A stretch of DNA of 64,000 bases, from assembly GCA_973895155.1 (NCBI GenBank), contig OZ316892.1:10830283-10894282 (forward strand). Reading direction: 5' to 3'. Position 1 is the first letter of the stretch. Each line of letters opens with the position of its first letter. This stretch comes from Marsupella aquatica. Taxonomy: Eukaryota; Plantae; Marchantiophyta. Below the pieces are notes generated by a model. That model saw only the letters and a list, made by a program, of their open reading frames with translations, was not told the DNA's origin and ran no database searches. Both the position numbers and the translations under genes were made by a program. Of this stretch, positions 62,406 to 64,000 are shown piece by piece.

Positions 62406-62430
62406 TATAAAGTGAGGAGGTCTCCTCACT
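62406..62430 (+). promoter_or_regulatory. Candidate TATA box followed by a perfect 9-bp inverted repeat
   Basis: TATAAA at 62406-62411; AGTGAGGAG-GT-CTCCTCACT at 62411-62430; splice donor GTAAGT at 62488 followed by a T-rich intron-like tract. Confidence 0.5.
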
Positions 62431-63205
62431 TTCTCTCATTACTAACTTCTCAACTAAAGTTTGCTTGTTTTGTAGGAGAGACCTTTGGTAAGTTTTTCTT
62501 GCTTTTGCTTATGTTTTGCTTAGTTTTGAGTTTAGTTTACTAGTTTTTGAATTGTTTTGAGTCTTTTTTTTGCTATGCTTTGCCATGTATGACTTTAACA
62601 TTTAGTTTTAATTTGGAGGGATATTAGTGTTCTCACGAATGCGCATGCTTGGAGCTTATGCTTGGCATGTGGTATTTCGTATGAGAGGACCTAATATTGC
62701 CTTAATAGTTTAGTGTGATTTGTGAATTGAGTGGAGTATTTTCTAGGATAGAGATTTTCATGTACGCATGCTTGGAGTTTCCGCTCGGCATGTGGTACTC
62801 TGCATGGATATCTCGATTCCTTGTAAATATTTCCACAACATTTACAAATGACATCTAAATTATAGGTTTCACATAGATTGGAATAGGAATGTAACAACTT
62901 GAAGAAAAAGACATCTTTTGTGCGCATGCTTGGAGTTTCGGCTTGGCATGTGGTATTTCACATAGTTGTCTTTCCCCTTCATCGTTGTTACTTTCAAAGT
63001 ACTAAACAAACGAATAAAAAATTGAACAAATATTAAAATTTCATTGCTTGGGTATTATTGGTACCAACACAAAGTGTGAAATGACATTTCAGGATTTTTG
63101 ATCCAGCTTTATTGTACTTGCATCATCCATACCCTCGGCAAGCAGCCAACACACTCCGTAAGCGCCTATTCTTTGTCCTACAACTTGTTGTGGTTACTTG
63201 AGAAC

Positions 63206-64000
63206 ATGGCCGCTGCAAATGTGAGTGTAGAGTATATGAAACTTTTTGAGGCAATGAAGACCATGCTAAACGAGGGATATCAACCAGATCCTCATGCCCT
63301 CAATGCTCTACGGAATGCTCACAAAACCTTAGAAATTTGTAAACATGGCAAAACCTTAGGGAAACGGAAACATAGAGGAGGAGCAATTGGTGCTGCATTG
63401 AAAGAGAGAAGGCAACATGTGTTAGTTGCGATTTGGAAAAAGATTCTATATCCCTACACTTTGCCAGCACAGTATGAGCAGGATGGCTTTGAGAGGAAGT
63501 ATGCTATGCATGGAGTAGAGGGTTACAAAAACCTTTTAAATGACATGTGACGTTGCATGCGTGAGACTGTGGAGAAAGAAGAGGACATGACCCGAGATGA
63601 AATTGCTGCCTTAATAAGTGATTTTGAGAAGCCGGGTGGATTTGTTGAACATTTGACGTTGAACTTTGCGGTAAATCTTTGGGACAAGTTGGAATCCAAT
63701 TTGGATGAGGCTGGGGCCGTCATGCTTGGAGTTCCTGGGCTATACACACATAGAAGAGATTTGCTAGCTAAATGGAGCAAAGAGTTAGCAATGGCCAAAT
63801 CGGAGAGTAATGTCAAATATGCAAGCAAGGTCGTGCAGTTTGGAGAGATTGGCATGGAGGTTGCAGATAGAGGAACGCGTCCATCACGAGTTGTTCCCAT
63901 GGTCAGGAGTATTCATTTCTTGAGGAGGGAGCAAGTATCGAATTTGCATCGCATTGGAAGCGGCATCCAAGGACATGTGTTCATATGTCATATATTGGAT
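63206..64000 (+). pseudogene. Stop-interrupted ORF running off the window; unknown N-terminal domain then a kinase-like Gly loop
   Basis: ATG at 63206; a single TGA at 63548-63550 (plausibly CGA>TGA); the same frame stays open for 150 more codons, ending ...VSNLHRIGSGIQGHVFICHILD. Confidence 0.55.

Noticed and set aside
61627-62439. Gly/Pro/Arg-rich ORFs on the minus strand
   Set aside because: Translations of the GC-rich minisatellite.

Overview
Eukaryotic land-plant genomic DNA (gene and TE style suggests a bryophyte or other non-seed plant; not provable from this window). Four intact multi-exon genes, all on the + strand: an ankyrin/RCC1 (IBTK-like) gene (11041-16529), a POD1/TAPT1 homologue with a U12 AT-AC intron (24384-28941), a fructokinase (45332-49755) and a small uncharacterised gene whose product carries a Spo12-like double-SP motif and whose promoter is rich in MSA elements (58253-59598). 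Transposable elements: a disabled Tork/Tnt1-type copia element (1-~6980) interrupted by a 1946-bp solo-LTR-like insertion with unusual AGT...ACT ends and a 5-bp TSD; an internally deleted Bianca-type copia element with identical 115-bp LTRs (35153-39531, minus); two foldback elements sharing CAGCTTTTA-type ends and 10-bp TSDs; a TA-flanked MITE; several tandem repeats. At the right edge a GC-rich array of telobox-like units precedes a TATA box and a stop-interrupted ORF that runs off the window just after a kinase-like Gly loop. All calls come from manual reading; no searches were run.
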